Notes: generated by a model from the sequence alone, not told the origin. Positions 1-11,208 are shown, numbered from the stretch's first letter. The stretch is 64,000 nucleotides of DNA from Candidatus Parcubacteria bacterium (GCA_026004535.1 BPJI01000001.1:79915-143914); one strand, 5' to 3'. Program-made: numbers and translations.

Positions 1-665
1 AAGATTGTCGCTAATTTTTTTCTGGCCTTATTTAAACGATATAAAGTTTCAACAACGTGAACAGGCAATCTGATTGTTCTTGCTTGATCAGATAAAGCTC
101 GAGAAATGGCTTGCCTTATCCACCAGGTAGCAAAAGTTGAAAATTTAAAGCCGCGCCGCCAATCAAAACGATCAACAGCCTTAATCAAGCCAGCATTACC
201 TTCTTGAATCAAATCCAAAAATGTTAAGCCTTTACTTCGGCCGATGTATTTTTTGGCAATACTGACAACCAATCTTAAATTAGATTTAATTAATCTTTCT
301 CTAGCCTCTAAATCTCCCTTAGCTGCTTTTTTAGCTAATTTTTTTTCTTCTTCAGGAGTAAGCAAAGGGTATTTACTGATTTCGCTTAAATATCTTTGAG
401 TTGCGTCAGACAAGCTTTCTTCATCAATTGATTCTCTTTTACCTTCTTCCCAAAGCTCGCCTGTGCTTTTAAGTTCAATACCGCTTGTTTCCAATCTTTC
501 ATAGATTTTATCCAAAATATCAATATTTTCTTCAACATTAGGGAACAAATATAAAATCTCATCTTCAGTCACAAAACCTCTTTCTTTACCTTTGGCAATC
601 AAGGATTTAATTTTCTCTTCAATAATCTCCTCTTTAGTTTTAATTTTTTTTTCTTTTTTATGCAT
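1..665 (-). CDS. rpoD: RNA polymerase primary sigma factor (5' part; runs off window start)
   Basis: Manual translation from ATG 665: MHKKEKK...[13 protein letters not shown]...[16 protein letters not shown]...[12 protein letters not shown]...[53 protein letters not shown]; directly downstream of dnaG. Confidence 0.97.
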   Translation of the reverse strand, partial: MHKKEKKIKTKEEIIEEKIKSLIAKGKERGFVTEDEILYLFPNVEENIDILDKIYERLETSGIELKSTGELWEEGKRESIDEESLSDATQRYLSEISKYPLLTPEEEKKLAKKAAKGDLEARERLIKSNLRLVVSIAKKYIGRSKGLTFLDLIQEGNAGLIKAVDRFDWRRGFKFSTFATWWIRQAISRALSDQARTIRLPVHVVETLYRLNKARKKLATI

Positions 666-2499
666 TTTTACTTATCTTTCTTAATTCCTGAGCTATATTT
701 TTAATCTCATTTAATATTTTAACTGATTCATCCTCATTGGCAAATTTCAATTTTTCATTCAATTGCTTAATATTTTTCTTCAAAAACAATATTTTTAAAT
801 TTTTAACTGTTCTCTCCAGTTCTTTTTTCAAATTTAGATTGGTTGTTAAGTAAAAATTTTTTGTCATTTCTAGATAATTAAATTCTTCTTCGTCGAGTTT
901 ATTTTCTAAAACCTTTAAAAATAATTGTTTAAATTTTTCTGATAGATATAAGGTAAAATCTTTAATATCATGCTGAACAAACAGAACTGACGCTGAACTA
1001 TCTGAATTATTTTTAGACGCAGAACTACACTGAACTGACTCAGAACTGTCGGGACTTTTCTGTGAGTTCTGTGTTAGTTCAGTAAGTTCTGCGGTAGTAC
1101 TTTTTTGTAAGTTCTGTGTGAGTTCTGTATAATTCTGCTTATTTAACAAAGTATAAATTAAAGAAATTGCTCTTAAAGAAAATTTTTCTTCTAATGTCTT
1201 CTCTTCGCTTAAATTACTAATTTTTTCTCGAGGCAAATTGATTTCTCTACGTAAACTATCAGGTAAATTTTTTAGTTCTTTTTCTAAAAATGATTTGTCA
1301 ATGTTTAATTTAACTGAAAGTTGATTTAAATAATTATCAATTTCAATGGCTGAAAGATTTTTTATTTGAGGCAAAAATATGGCTAAAATTTTTCCTTTGT
1401 CTTGATAATTATTTAAAAGATAATTTAATAAATAATCTTCAAACTTTTCTTCACTAATGTCTGCGTTAGTCCGCGTGTAGTCTGTATTAGTCTGGATTTT
1501 GCCAAAATATTCTCCCAAATCCTTTCCTGGATATATCAATCTAAATGTTTTAAAACCTAATTGCTGAGCCATTAAATTAGCTCTTAAACTCGCCTTAAAA
1601 CCAGCTTCATCATTATCAAAAGCTAAAATTAAATTGGATGCATATTTTTTTAGTTTTCTTAAATGATCTTCAGTTAAAGCCGAACCAGAAACAGCAACTA
1701 TATTTTTTAAATTGTTCTGCCAAGCTAAAAGAAAATCAAATTGGCCTTCGACTAAGATTATTTTTTTATCAACTAAGATATATTCCTTAGCAAAATAAAG
1801 ACCATAAAGAAATTGAGATTTCTTAAAAATTAATGTTTCAGGTGTATTTAGGTATTTTGGTCCAGGGAAATTGTCAGGAAAAATTCTACCAGTAAAACCA
1901 ACTAATTTGCCCTTTTCATCTCTTAAAGGGAAAATTATTCTTGATTGAAAACGATCAAAATTTTGGTTATCAATTAGGCCTGCTTTTTTAATTAATTCAT
2001 AACTGTAGCCTTGGGAATATAAATAATCTCTTAATAAAGTATGACCTGGCGAAAAACCAATTTCAAAAAAATTAATTATTTCTTTTTTCAATCCTCGTTT
2101 TAATAAATAATCTAGAACCTCTTCATTTTTCTTTAATTCTTGGCGAAAGAACTTTAAAGCTGAATAATTAATTTCCAAAACTTCTTTTTCCTCCTTTAAA
2201 CTTTTAAACTTTTCTCCTTTTAAACTTCCAGTATCGATACCATATTCTTCTTTGATTTTTTCTAAAACTTGTGCGTAATTTAAATTTTCGATTTGCATTA
2301 AAAATTTAATTACATCACCGCCTACAGAACAACCAAAACATTTAAAAATTTGCATCTCGGGCGAAACATAAAAAGATGGTTTTGTTTCTTTATGAAAAGG
2401 ACAAAGACCACTATAGTACTTACCAGCTCTTTTTAATTTGACATAACGACTGACAACCTCAACGATATCTAATCTGTTTTTAATTTCTTCAATGTTCAT
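658..2499 (-). CDS. dnaG: DNA primase with two in-frame repeat-derived insertions
   Basis: CHC2 zinc finger ([11 protein letters not shown]...CFGC), [20 protein letters not shown] and FDNDEAG. Confidence 0.97.
   Translation of the reverse strand: MNIEEIKNRLDIVEVVSRYVKLKRAGKYYSGLCPFHKETKPSFYVSPEMQIFKCFGCSVGGDVIKFLMQIENLNYAQVLEKIKEEYGIDTGSLKGEKFKSLKEEKEVLEINYSALKFFRQELKKNEEVLDYLLKRGLKKEIINFFEIGFSPGHTLLRDYLYSQGYSYELIKKAGLIDNQNFDRFQSRIIFPLRDEKGKLVGFTGRIFPDNFPGPKYLNTPETLIFKKSQFLYGLYFAKEYILVDKKIILVEGQFDFLLAWQNNLKNIVAVSGSALTEDHLRKLKKYASNLILAFDNDEAGFKASLRANLMAQQLGFKTFRLIYPGKDLGEYFGKIQTNTDYTRTNADISEEKFEDYLLNYLLNNYQDKGKILAIFLPQIKNLSAIEIDNYLNQLSVKLNIDKSFLEKELKNLPDSLRREINLPREKISNLSEEKTLEEKFSLRAISLIYTLLNKQNYTELTQNLQKSTTAELTELTQNSQKSPDSSESVQCSSASKNNSDSSASVLFVQHDIKDFTLYLSEKFKQLFLKVLENKLDEEEFNYLEMTKNFYLTTNLNLKKELERTVKNLKILFLKKNIKQLNEKLKFANEDESVKILNEIKNIAQELRKISKNA
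982..1138. repeat. Palindromic short-repeat element (CAGAACT units facing AGTTCTG units) inside dnaG
   Basis: Left arm cagaactga/ctgaacta/cagaacta, right arm gagttctg/aagttctg; same family at 63884-64000. Confidence 0.85.
1458..1496. repeat. Short tandem repeat half-element (AGTCTG/AGTCCG units) inside dnaG
   Basis: gtctgcgttagtccgcgtgtagtctgtattagtctgg, translated as [12 protein letters not shown]. Confidence 0.65.
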
Positions 2500-3979
2500 T
2501 GCTTAATTTTTTTAAAATGTCGTCTAAATTTTTATTTTTTTGATTTATTTCCTTCTTTTTTTCAATAACTATTTCTGCCTCAATCGCTTTCTTTAAAGAA
2601 ATACCCGTCTTTGTTCTTTCACTACATTCATCACAGATATTTTCACCCGAAGAAAGAAAAGGCTGACGACATTCTAAACAATAAACAACTTCTTTACCTT
2701 CTTTTTTTACTTGAGTAAAAACTTTAGCAATTCTACCTTCAACCAAACTTCTTCTTTTGGTATATTTTAGATGATTGAGATTAATTATTTCATCTTTAAA
2801 AGAAATTTCTGGCTTCATGATTGGAGGTAATGTTTTGGCTAAAAATGGATTAGTTGGTTTACCATCAACCAATAATTTAACATAAACATAATAAGAAGGC
2901 AAATTAACCAAATCGTCAATTTTGACTAAATTAGCAAACTCTTTACTAAAAATTTCAGCATCATTTGCTCCTAGACGAAAAACGATAAAAGTACCAACAT
3001 TACCAAAAACAGCCTTGATAATTTCTTCAGGCACTTGATCTAAATATTGATGAGCTAAAATTAAACTTAGATGATATTTTCTAGCTTCAGATAAAATATT
3101 AATGAACGATTCAGTAGCAAAATTTTGAAATTCATCAATATAAAGGTAAAAGTTTTTTCTTTGTTCTTCAGGGAGATCAACTCGACTCATAGCTGCTAAT
3201 TGAAATTTGGTAATCAAAAGACCACCTAAAAGCCTTGATGTTTCCTCACCAATGGCACCAACAGAAAGATTAGCTAAAAATATTTTGCCTTCATCCATAA
3301 TGTTTCTTAAATCAAAAGCTGACTCTGACTGGCCAATTATATTTCTGATTAAAGGATTGGTAATAAATTGACCAATTTTATTTTGAATTGGAGCAATAGC
3401 TTCAGTTCTAAATTGTAGATGATATTTACTAAATTCTTGTGTCCAAAAAGCTTTAACAACTTCATCTTTCAAATTACCAACAACCTGCTTTCTAAATTTA
3501 TCATCAGCAAGCATTCGGCTAACATCGAGCAAGGTCGAATTTGGCCATTCTAAAAGAGCCAACAAAGTATTGGTCAAAATATATTCCATTCTGGCTGACC
3601 AAGCATCAACCCAAATTTTTTTAAAGATTGAAAGCAAACTAATGGCAGTTACATGTCTATGTTCCCACGCAACTTTTTCTAAAGGATTAAAAGCTATTGG
3701 GTGATTAACATCTGTTGGATTAAAATAGATCACATCATCGATTCTTTCTTTGGGAATATAATCTAAAATTCTTTGAACACTATCACCATGAGGATCTAAA
3801 AAAGCTAAACCATTATTGTTTTGAATATCAAAATTCATCATATTTTCTAATAAAGTAGTCTTTCCTTGACCCGTCTTACCAATAATATAAATATGTCTTA
3901 ATCTATCTTTGTCCTTAATGCCAAATCTTGATTCTTTACCTCTAAAAGTCAAAATACCGAGAGGCAAAATTCTTTCCAT
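2489..3979 (-). CDS. VirD4/TraD/HerA-like P-loop ATPase (CPR-type)
   Basis: RLRHIYIIGKTGQGKTT Walker A, LDPHGD, LYIDEFQNF Walker B, ILSEARKY, AHQYLDQ. Confidence 0.85.
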   Translation of the reverse strand: MERILPLGILTFRGKESRFGIKDKDRLRHIYIIGKTGQGKTTLLENMMNFDIQNNNGLAFLDPHGDSVQRILDYIPKERIDDVIYFNPTDVNHPIAFNPLEKVAWEHRHVTAISLLSIFKKIWVDAWSARMEYILTNTLLALLEWPNSTLLDVSRMLADDKFRKQVVGNLKDEVVKAFWTQEFSKYHLQFRTEAIAPIQNKIGQFITNPLIRNIIGQSESAFDLRNIMDEGKIFLANLSVGAIGEETSRLLGGLLITKFQLAAMSRVDLPEEQRKNFYLYIDEFQNFATESFINILSEARKYHLSLILAHQYLDQVPEEIIKAVFGNVGTFIVFRLGANDAEIFSKEFANLVKIDDLVNLPSYYVYVKLLVDGKPTNPFLAKTLPPIMKPEISFKDEIINLNHLKYTKRRSLVEGRIAKVFTQVKKEGKEVVYCLECRQPFLSSGENICDECSERTKTGISLKKAIEAEIVIEKKKEINQKNKNLDDILKKLSNEH

Positions 3980-3986
3980 AAATTAA

Positions 3987-5309
3987 TTATAATTCTGGTA
4001 AAGGAATCTCGGGCGAGGGCGGTATTTCTCTAACAGGGGTTCTTTCAATACCTGAAGGAGGAACAAATTCCATAGGTGGGTGAAAGAGCGTAGCTAATTC
4101 TTCGCTGTTTAAAATAAAGGCTGAATCCAAATTTTTGGGTTTTAATTTATTTTTAATCCTTTGGGGTAATGCTGGTAGTCGATAACCTTTAAAATAAGCA
4201 TATTCTCTTCTTTTAATAAGAAAAATTCTTTTAGGCGACATTTTGGCCGCAGACATTGTTAAGGGGTAAAGACTGAAACCATTCAAATCTTCGGTTGAGA
4301 AATTTTTCAACGTACTTGAAATTAAAGCAATAATAGATTGTTTTTCTTTGTTAAAAATATCCTTAGTAGCTAAATAGCTTATTCTGAAATTACACCAAAA
4401 ACCCAATTTTCCTAATTTTTGCTGGATTAATTCCAAGACCCTTCTTTCGCCTGGGGTCAATTTTTGAATATTAAATTCTTCTTTGGATTTTTCTTCTTTT
4501 GTTTTCCAAGTAGGTTGACGAAACGGTGCTAACAAAAGATTAAAGATAAATTCTCTAACCTCTTCCCAGATACTTTGTTCTTTTTCTTCTTTTTTACCTA
4601 TCATCTTATTTACTATCTTTTGACCTCTCTCAATCCATTTTTTACCATGTTCTGAATTATCAGGAGTCGTAGGCAAAACAAATATTTGAAAAATTAACCA
4701 TTCTTTATTGGAAATTTGCCAAGCAGCTTCGGAGAAAGTTGTTAAAGGATCAATTTGTTGTTCTTTAGGTAAATATTCTAAAACAGAAAATGTTTTTATG
4801 GGGTAAGCATCTTCTTTATTTAAACGAGCATCGAAAATTTCGCCATCGAAAAGTGAATTAGGAATAGCTGGAGGGAAAAAGCCAAGAGGGTCTTCTGAGT
4901 CAATAAACTGAATCTGTGGATATTGGGAATAAAACCTTGTTTTAATAAATTCCTTTAATTCGCTGGGAAAGCGAATAAAAAATCTTAATTTACCGTCATG
5001 AGCAATAATTAAAAATGTATAACTTACAGGAACGAATCCCTTAATTTTTAGATTATACCAGGTAAGATCAGTTTCTGGATCAGGATGAATTGAATGTAAA
5101 GAATTAAAAACCTCTTCCATAGCTCTGGGATTACGAGTTATGCCTGAAGGGAATTTAATTTCTAAAAAGCTCCATTTCAACTGTTTAAGATATAAAGATC
5201 TTTTATAGCCCGTATATTTATCCCATAAAATTTGGAAAAATAGGATTGGTAAAAAAAACCACCAGAAATCAAAGAGAAATCTTAAAATGAAAGTAATTGG
5301 ATCAATCAT
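3987..5309 (-). CDS. Conserved membrane-anchored hypothetical protein, likely partner of the downstream ATPase
   Basis: N-terminal TM, LEIKFP...PRAMEEVF, C-terminal [15 protein letters not shown] motif typical of CPR proteins next to VirD4-like ATPases. Confidence 0.7.
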   Translation of the reverse strand: MIDPITFILRFLFDFWWFFLPILFFQILWDKYTGYKRSLYLKQLKWSFLEIKFPSGITRNPRAMEEVFNSLHSIHPDPETDLTWYNLKIKGFVPVSYTFLIIAHDGKLRFFIRFPSELKEFIKTRFYSQYPQIQFIDSEDPLGFFPPAIPNSLFDGEIFDARLNKEDAYPIKTFSVLEYLPKEQQIDPLTTFSEAAWQISNKEWLIFQIFVLPTTPDNSEHGKKWIERGQKIVNKMIGKKEEKEQSIWEEVREFIFNLLLAPFRQPTWKTKEEKSKEEFNIQKLTPGERRVLELIQQKLGKLGFWCNFRISYLATKDIFNKEKQSIIALISSTLKNFSTEDLNGFSLYPLTMSAAKMSPKRIFLIKRREYAYFKGYRLPALPQRIKNKLKPKNLDSAFILNSEELATLFHPPMEFVPPSGIERTPVREIPPSPEIPLPEL

Positions 5310-6171
5310 TTTTTAAAACATAAACTCCTGGTTTAATTAAAACAAATTCATTATGTTTAATCAGTTCATTTCTGATTGAATTTGGATTATAGGTTTTGTG
5401 CCAGTAGTAATGAATTGATTCATCTTCCACTTTAGCTAATTGATGTAATTTCTGGTAAATTTCTTTAAAATGCATCGGTCTTCTCTCTAATTTAAAAATT
5501 AAATAAATTTTATCTTTTAAACAACGAGGGGTAATAAAATTATGATTCTTAACGCCCCAAAAATTAAACGGGTTTTTGCCAATATTTTTTAAAATTTTTA
5601 AAAAATCAATTAGATCATCATAACCTGGATTTATGTTAAAATGTTTTTTAATTTCCTTTAGAATTAAAGCTAAAATTTTCTCTTCAGGATAAACCTCTCT
5701 GCTGTCTAAAAAGGTAAGATAAATTTTTTTAAGTAAATGGAGACTGAATTGATAAATTTTTTCATTTTCAGCATAAAAATCGTCAAGATAATCATCGTTT
5801 TGATAATAAATTATTTCCTCTGAAAAAAGACTAAAAAATTTAAAGATTTTAATTTCTTGAAAAGAAAAATCAAGTTTTTGATCAAGAAAGTAAAAGAATG
5901 TTTTCCCTCGACGAACTCCAATTGGTTTTAAAAACTTTTTAGATTGTTTAATGATTTTACTTACTTCTTTATTTTTTTTAATTAAAGGGATAATTTTATT
6001 TAAAGCATTTTCTTGAATTTGTCTTATCCTCTCACGGGTTACATTATAATCATTTCCTAACTCTTCTAATGTTTCTTCCTCGCCTTCTAGACCAAATCTT
6101 CTGATAAGAATATCTTTTTCCCTCTGATTTAGACATGAAAAGACATCGCTTAATATTTTTGTCAAGTTCAT
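5302..6171 (-). CDS. Sigma-70 region 4 HTH protein with C-terminal winged-HTH (HARE-like) domain
   Basis: [15 protein letters not shown]...[19 protein letters not shown]; C-terminal [10 protein letters not shown]...SIRNELI; start placed at ATG 6171, 6 nt after TATAAT. Confidence 0.75.
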   Translation of the reverse strand: MNLTKILSDVFSCLNQREKDILIRRFGLEGEEETLEELGNDYNVTRERIRQIQENALNKIIPLIKKNKEVSKIIKQSKKFLKPIGVRRGKTFFYFLDQKLDFSFQEIKIFKFFSLFSEEIIYYQNDDYLDDFYAENEKIYQFSLHLLKKIYLTFLDSREVYPEEKILALILKEIKKHFNINPGYDDLIDFLKILKNIGKNPFNFWGVKNHNFITPRCLKDKIYLIFKLERRPMHFKEIYQKLHQLAKVEDESIHYYWHKTYNPNSIRNELIKHNEFVLIKPGVYVLKND

Positions 6172-6202
6172 AATCATATTATATCAAAAATTTTCTTAAA
6201 TT

Positions 6203-6230
6203 AAAACCCCCGCTGTAAGCGGGGGTTTTA
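6203..6230. terminator. Intrinsic terminator
   Basis: aaaacccccgc-tgtaa-gcgggggtttt hairpin flanked by A/T runs. Confidence 0.85.
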
Positions 6231-6251
6231 ATAATTATTTTTTTGACTAAA

Positions 6252-6467
6252 TTATAGTGTTGGTGTTGCTGATGGTGGTACTTCGGACTCTGGTGTTGGT
6301 GGTAAATCTGGTGTTGGTGGTAATTCAGGTGCTGGTGGTACCATAGGTGTTGGTTCAGGAGTTGGTGTTGTTGAACCTGGCGCTCCACCTCTTTTTACAA
6401 ACCAATAAGTAACTAGACCCAAGACCAAAAGAATAACGACAACAATTATTATATTTTTTTGATTCAT
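6252..6467 (-). CDS. Small membrane-anchored Pro/Thr-rich protein
   Basis: N-terminal TM then PTPEPTP/PELPPTPDLPPTP repeats; own promoter region and terminator. Confidence 0.75.
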   Translation of the reverse strand: MNQKNIIIVVVILLVLGLVTYWFVKRGGAPGSTTPTPEPTPMVPPAPELPPTPDLPPTPESEVPPSATPTL

Positions 6468-6688
6468 TTTAAAGATCCTAATTTTAAATTACGACCATTA
6501 ATTATGTATTATGTTATAATTTTATCATAAATATTTAAAAAGTCAAAATTGAATCTGTGGAAAACTAGTTAATGAAAAATCTGTTTTTATTTATTATTTT
6601 CGTAATTATTATAATTCTATACGTCTGGATCTTTTCCAACCCTACTCTCTATTTTGAATTTTTAAAAATTATTGAAAAAATAAAATAA

Positions 6689-6726
6689 TTATCACTCTTG
6701 ACATTAAGGTGATAATTTGATATAAT
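6689..6726 (+). promoter_or_regulatory. Sigma-70 promoter overlapped by a CIRCE-like operator
   Basis: TTATCACTC-N9-AGGTGATAA (6689-6715; CIRCE consensus TTAGCACTC-N9-GAGTGCTAA) centred on TTGACA (6698), 17 nt before TATAAT (6721); upstream of hrcA-dnaK operon. Confidence 0.85.
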
Positions 6727-6783
6727 ATTAATAAATTTTAAAGCTGACTAAGCTTAAGGTCGCATTAGGATTTAATTTAAAAC

Positions 6784-7191
6784 ATGGCCTTTCTTAGAAA
6801 GTGGGAACCATTCAGAGAATTAATCGAAAGATTCTTCGAGGAAGATTTTGATTTTCCTTTTTCCCCAAGATTAGCTACTGATGTTTATGAAACTGATAAG
6901 GATATTGTTGTTGAAATGAACGTACCTGGGTATAAAAAGGAAGATATTAAAATTTCTTTTCAAGATGGTTATTTAAAGATCGAAGGTAAAGCAAATGAAG
7001 AGAAAGAAGAAAAAGAAAAAAATTATTGGCGCAAAGAAATTAGAAGGGGATCATTTGTTAGGGTCATTCCTTTACCTAAAGAGGTTGATTCTAAAAAAGC
7101 CAAAGCAACATTTAAAGATGGAATTTTAACAATTTCTTTACCGAAGGTTGAAGAGGAAAAAGAGACTGGTGAAGAGATTAAGATCGAATAA
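6784..7191 (+). CDS. Small heat shock protein Hsp20
   Basis: DVYETDKDIVVEMNVPG...GSFVRVIPLP...ATFKDGILTISLPK. Confidence 0.95.
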   Translation: MAFLRKWEPFRELIERFFEEDFDFPFSPRLATDVYETDKDIVVEMNVPGYKKEDIKISFQDGYLKIEGKANEEKEEKEKNYWRKEIRRGSFVRVIPLPKEVDSKKAKATFKDGILTISLPKVEEEKETGEEIKIE

Positions 7192-7808
7192 TGTCATTAA
7201 CAGATATTCAAAAATATCTGTTTTATAAGTTAGTAAGAAGTTGCATTAAGAGAAAAAAACCTATTGGCTCTAAATTGTTGGCTAAAAAATTAAAAAATAA
7301 ACTTTCGCCTCCAAGTTTAAGAATCTATCTTCGGAAAATTGCCCAAAACGGCTATTTGGAAAATGTTGGCAGTGGTAGATTACCAACAGATAAAGGCTGG
7401 TACTATTATTTAGAAAATTTTAAGCTGAAACCTGAAATAAATTTGCCTCAAAATTTTGATCTTACACTTTGGGCTGAATTAACTAAAAATATTGTTTTTC
7501 TTTTCGAAGACAATCTCGTTATTAAAGGCTTGAAAAATGTTATTAATTTTAGGGAAAAGGAAATTGTTGAAGATTTATTAAATTTATGCGAGAATTTAGA
7601 GACAATTATCAAGAATTTAAGGAATGAGTTTAATATTTTAATCGGTCGTGATTTGCCTCAATCGAAAACAAAAAAGTTGTCTTTAATTGCTTATAAAGAT
7701 AAAAAAAGAGTTATTGGTTTTTTAGGTCATAAAATTAATTATTATCATACTAGTTTGGCTTTATTAAAAAAATTAACTGACAATGAACGAGGAAAAATTA
7801 CCAACTGA
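7191..7808 (+). CDS. hrcA: HrcA-like heat-inducible repressor (short form)
   Basis: PIGSKLL...LSPPSLRIYL...GYL...SGRLPTDKGWYYY; between hsp20 and grpE; CIRCE upstream. Confidence 0.85.
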   Translation: MSLTDIQKYLFYKLVRSCIKRKKPIGSKLLAKKLKNKLSPPSLRIYLRKIAQNGYLENVGSGRLPTDKGWYYYLENFKLKPEINLPQNFDLTLWAELTKNIVFLFEDNLVIKGLKNVINFREKEIVEDLLNLCENLETIIKNLRNEFNILIGRDLPQSKTKKLSLIAYKDKKRVIGFLGHKINYYHTSLALLKKLTDNERGKITN

Positions 7809-8280
7809 ACCAGAAACAATCCAAGAATTAATGAAAAAAATCGAGAATTTAGAGAAAGAAAAGAATGAATATTTTGAGAGTTTAAAAAGAGCTAAAGGTG
7901 ATGTTTTGAAAATTCAGAGAGAATTTGAAGAAAAATTTGAAGCAATGAAAGAGATTGCTAATTTTGACTTAATTTATCACTTGCTGTCTGTTCTAGATAG
8001 TTTTGAACTAGCTTTTCAAAAACAAAAAGAAATTGATCAAGGATTTTATTTAATCTATTCTCAATTAAAAGACATCTTAGAAAAATACGGTTTAGAAGAA
8101 ATTGAAACTGAAAATAAAAAATTTGATCCAAATTTTCATGAAGCAATTATAAGTAAAAAATGCGAGAAAGAAAATTGCCAAGGAGATGATGAAGGTTTAA
8201 TTGTTGAAACCCTAAGCAAAGGTTATCTTTATAAAGGTCGAGTTTTAAGACCAGCGAGAGTTAAAATTATTAATCACTAA
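7783..8280 (+). CDS. grpE: Nucleotide exchange factor GrpE
   Basis: FDPNFHEAI...KGYLYKGRVLRPARVKI. Confidence 0.95.
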   Translation: MNEEKLPTEPETIQELMKKIENLEKEKNEYFESLKRAKGDVLKIQREFEEKFEAMKEIANFDLIYHLLSVLDSFELAFQKQKEIDQGFYLIYSQLKDILEKYGLEEIETENKKFDPNFHEAIISKKCEKENCQGDDEGLIVETLSKGYLYKGRVLRPARVKIINH

Positions 8281-10085
8281 TGGCAAGAGTTTTAGGTATT
8301 GATTTAGGAACAACTAATTCAGTTGCAGCAATTGTTGCTGCTGGTGTTCCAAAAGTCATCGAGAACAGAGAAGGTTCAAGAATAACTCCTTCAGTTGTGG
8401 CTATGTCTAGATCTGGAGAAAGACTTGTTGGTATTTTAGCTAAAAGACAAGCAGTAGCTAATCCTAAAAACACAATTTTTTCCGTCAAAAGATTAATTGG
8501 AAGGAGATTTAATGACCCTGAGGTTCAAAAAGCTAAAACTATTTTGCCCTATGAGATTAGAGAAAGCGAAAATGGAGGCGTTGAGGTAAAAATGGCTGAT
8601 CGATGGTATAAACCCGAAGAAATCTCAGCGATGGTGCTTCAAAAAATCAAATTAGATGTTGAAGAAAAATTAGGCGAAGAAATAAAAGAAGCAGTTATTA
8701 CTTGCCCAGCTTATTTTGACGACTCTCAAAGAGCAGCAACTAAAGCAGCTGGAGAAATTGCTGGGTTTGAAGTTAAAAGATTGTTACCTGAACCAACGGC
8801 AGCTGCTTTAGCCTATGGCCTTGATAAAAATATCAACGCTAAAATTTTAGTTTATGATTTTGGTGGTGGAACTTTTGATATTTCAATCTTAGAAGTTGGC
8901 GAAGGTGTAATTGAAACCAAAGCTATTGGTGGTGATACATTTTTAGGTGGTGATGATTTTGATCAAAGAATTATTCAATTTTTAATTGACTGGTATAAAA
9001 AAGAAGAAGGCGTTGATTTGAGTAATGACATTTTAGCTTTACAAAGATTAAAAGAGGCAGCTGAAAGAGCTAAACAAGAACTTTCAACTTTATACGAAAC
9101 AGAAATTAATTTACCATTTATTACTTCAACTCCTGAAGGGCCAAAACATCTTTATTACAAATTAACTAGAAGCCAATTAGAAGATTTAACTCGAGATTTG
9201 GTTGAAAGATCAATTGAACTTACTAAACAAACATTAAATGAAGCCGGTCTTAAACCAAGTGATATTGATGATATTGTTTTGGTTGGTGGTCAAACAAGAA
9301 TGCCTTTGATTCAACAAAAAGTCAAAGAATTATTCGGCAAAGAACCAAGGAAAGATATTAATCCAGATGAAGTTGTTGCTATTGGTGCCGCTATTCAAGC
9401 TGGCATTATTCAAGGAGAAATAAGAGAAATTTTACTTTTAGATGTTGTGCCTTTAACTTTGAGCATTGAAACCTTGGGTGGTATTGCTCATCCAATGATT
9501 CCCAAAAACACTCCCATCCCCTATTCAAAAAAAGAAATCTTTACTACAGCCGAAGATAATCAAACCGTAGTTGAAATTCACGTTGTTCAAGGAGAAAGAC
9601 CCTTGGCCCAAGATAATAAAACCTTGGCCAGATTTTTACTTGAAGGCATTCCTCCAGCACCAAGAGGCGTGCCTCAAATTGAAGTAACTTTTGATGTTGA
9701 CCAAAATGGAATTTTAACCGTAACTGCCTTAGATAAAGCAACCCAAAAAAGTCAAACTGTTAAAATCACAAATTCAGTCAATATCTCTAAAGAAGAAATT
9801 GAAAAATTAAAAAAGGAAGCTGAAGAGTATGCTGCTCAAGATTTTCAAAAAAGAAAATTAGCTGAAACCAAAAACCAAGCAGACAATTTAATTTATCAAG
9901 CCAAAAAATTACTTCAAGAATATCAAGATAAAATTAATCAAGAAACGAAAAATCAAATTGAAGAAAAAATAAAAGAGCTCGAAAATTTAAAAAATACAAG
10001 CCAAAATTATGAAGAAATTGATGCTAAAATTAAAGAATTAAATCAATTGCTAGCCGAAATTGGCAAAACATTCTATCAACAATAA
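8280..10085 (+). CDS. dnaK: Chaperone DnaK
   Basis: [30 protein letters not shown]. Confidence 0.99.
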   Translation: MARVLGIDLGTTNSVAAIVAAGVPKVIENREGSRITPSVVAMSRSGERLVGILAKRQAVANPKNTIFSVKRLIGRRFNDPEVQKAKTILPYEIRESENGGVEVKMADRWYKPEEISAMVLQKIKLDVEEKLGEEIKEAVITCPAYFDDSQRAATKAAGEIAGFEVKRLLPEPTAAALAYGLDKNINAKILVYDFGGGTFDISILEVGEGVIETKAIGGDTFLGGDDFDQRIIQFLIDWYKKEEGVDLSNDILALQRLKEAAERAKQELSTLYETEINLPFITSTPEGPKHLYYKLTRSQLEDLTRDLVERSIELTKQTLNEAGLKPSDIDDIVLVGGQTRMPLIQQKVKELFGKEPRKDINPDEVVAIGAAIQAGIIQGEIREILLLDVVPLTLSIETLGGIAHPMIPKNTPIPYSKKEIFTTAEDNQTVVEIHVVQGERPLAQDNKTLARFLLEGIPPAPRGVPQIEVTFDVDQNGILTVTALDKATQKSQTVKITNSVNISKEEIEKLKKEAEEYAAQDFQKRKLAETKNQADNLIYQAKKLLQEYQDKINQETKNQIEEKIKELENLKNTSQNYEEIDAKIKELNQLLAEIGKTFYQQ

Positions 10086-10588
10086 TGGATGATTATTATC
10101 AAATTTTAGGCGTGCCAGAAAATGCTGACGAAGAAACAATTAAAAAGGCTTTTCGAGAACTAGCCAAAAAATATCATCCTGACAGAGGTGGTGATGCTGA
10201 AAAATTTAAGAAAATTATTGAAGCTTACAGGGTTTTATCAGACAAAAAATTAAGAGCTGAATATGATCAAAGAAGAAAATGGCAAACAACATTTACTTTT
10301 GATTTTGAGGATATTGGTGATTATTTAAGAAGACAATTTTTTGGTGAAGACTTGTTTGAAGACTTATTTAGAAGCATTTTTACTCATTTCCAAGAACCAA
10401 GAACATATAGTCAGCAAGAAATAGTTTTGGAAATTAATCCCTTAGAAGGCTTAAAAGAAAAAACAATTGAGATTCCTTTTTATGATGGTAAAAGGAAAAT
10501 TTCGCTTAAAATTAATTTTAAATTGCCCAAAAATTTACCTGATAAAATTAAAAAATTAGTCGATGAATTAAAGAAAGAAATTAAATAA
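10085..10588 (+). CDS. dnaJ: Short J-domain co-chaperone lacking the zinc finger
   Basis: DYYQILGV...KKYHPD; 167 aa; follows dnaK. Confidence 0.8.
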   Translation: MDDYYQILGVPENADEETIKKAFRELAKKYHPDRGGDAEKFKKIIEAYRVLSDKKLRAEYDQRRKWQTTFTFDFEDIGDYLRRQFFGEDLFEDLFRSIFTHFQEPRTYSQQEIVLEINPLEGLKEKTIEIPFYDGKRKISLKINFKLPKNLPDKIKKLVDELKKEIK

Positions 10589-10848
10589 TGCCGAAAACAA
10601 GATCAGCAAAAAAAGCTTTAAGAAAAAGTCAAAAAAGATGGTTAATAAATGAACGCCGAAGAAGAAAAATTAAATTAGCAGTTAAAAATTTTCTTCAAGC
10701 AATCAAAGAAAAAAATAAAGAATTAGCACAAAAAAATCTAAGTTTAGTTTATAAAGAATTGGATAAAGCTGGCAAAACTTTTATGCATCAAAACAAAGTT
10801 GCCCGATTAAAATCAAAATATGCTTCAATGCTAAGCAAATTTAATTAG
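10588..10848 (+). CDS. rpsT: 30S ribosomal protein S20
   Basis: [17 protein letters not shown]...LDKA...HQNKVARLKS. Confidence 0.95.
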   Translation: MPKTRSAKKALRKSQKRWLINERRRRKIKLAVKNFLQAIKEKNKELAQKNLSLVYKELDKAGKTFMHQNKVARLKSKYASMLSKFN

Positions 10849-10922
10849 CCTCTCAGGTTTTCAGCTTCTTAGCTTCATAGCTTAAAAGATTATCATTTTC
10901 TAAGGGAAATTTTAATGAGATA
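10843..10922. repeat. AATTAGC...CAGG...AGCTTCTTAGCTTC repeat site plus ~70 bp flank shared with 52025-52092
   Basis: tcaggttttcagcttcttagcttcatagcttaaaagattatcattttctaagggaaattttaatgagata versus tcaggtttttagcttcttagcttcagagcttcaaatattattatcttctaaggaaaattttaatgagata. Confidence 0.8.
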
Positions 10923-11132
10923 TGAATTCTTGAGATCTCCCCAAGCCTCTTAAATAATCAATTAAAACATCACTATCTATTAAAATTCTTCTGCCTCCAA
11001 TTTCTTCTAATTTTTCTAACATATGCTCAAGGAACTTTTATTACCAAAATCAGTCTTTAAAACACCAAATGCCTTTCTAATAAAGTAAGATTTATCTAAA
11101 ATTTTTCCTTTTTTAAGTAATTTAGTAACCAT
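10912..11132 (-). pseudogene. Truncated VapBC-like toxin-antitoxin remnant
   Basis: Frameshifted antitoxin-like MVTKLLKKGK...KAFGVLK.../YVRKIRRNW overlapping a PIN N-terminus RILIDSDVLIDYLRG that stops after 36 aa. Confidence 0.6.
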
Positions 11133-11148
11133 AAATTAATTATAACAT

Positions 11149-11208
11149 AAATTAGCTTTCAGGTCTCATGATGATCAGCTTCTTAGCTTCTAAGCTTCTT
11201 AGTTTCTT
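11149..11208. repeat. Second copy of the AATTAGCTTTCAGG...AGCTTCTTAGCTTC site
   Basis: aaattagctttcaggtctcatgatgatcagcttcttagcttctaagcttcttagtttc. Confidence 0.7.

Noticed and set aside
2489-3979. Conjugative element or ICE
   Set aside because: No relaxase, VirB4, integrase or att boundaries; the gene overlaps dnaG in a core operon.
6179-6388. His/Gln-rich 69-aa ORF
   Set aside because: It is an alternative frame of the Pro-rich gene and runs through the terminator.
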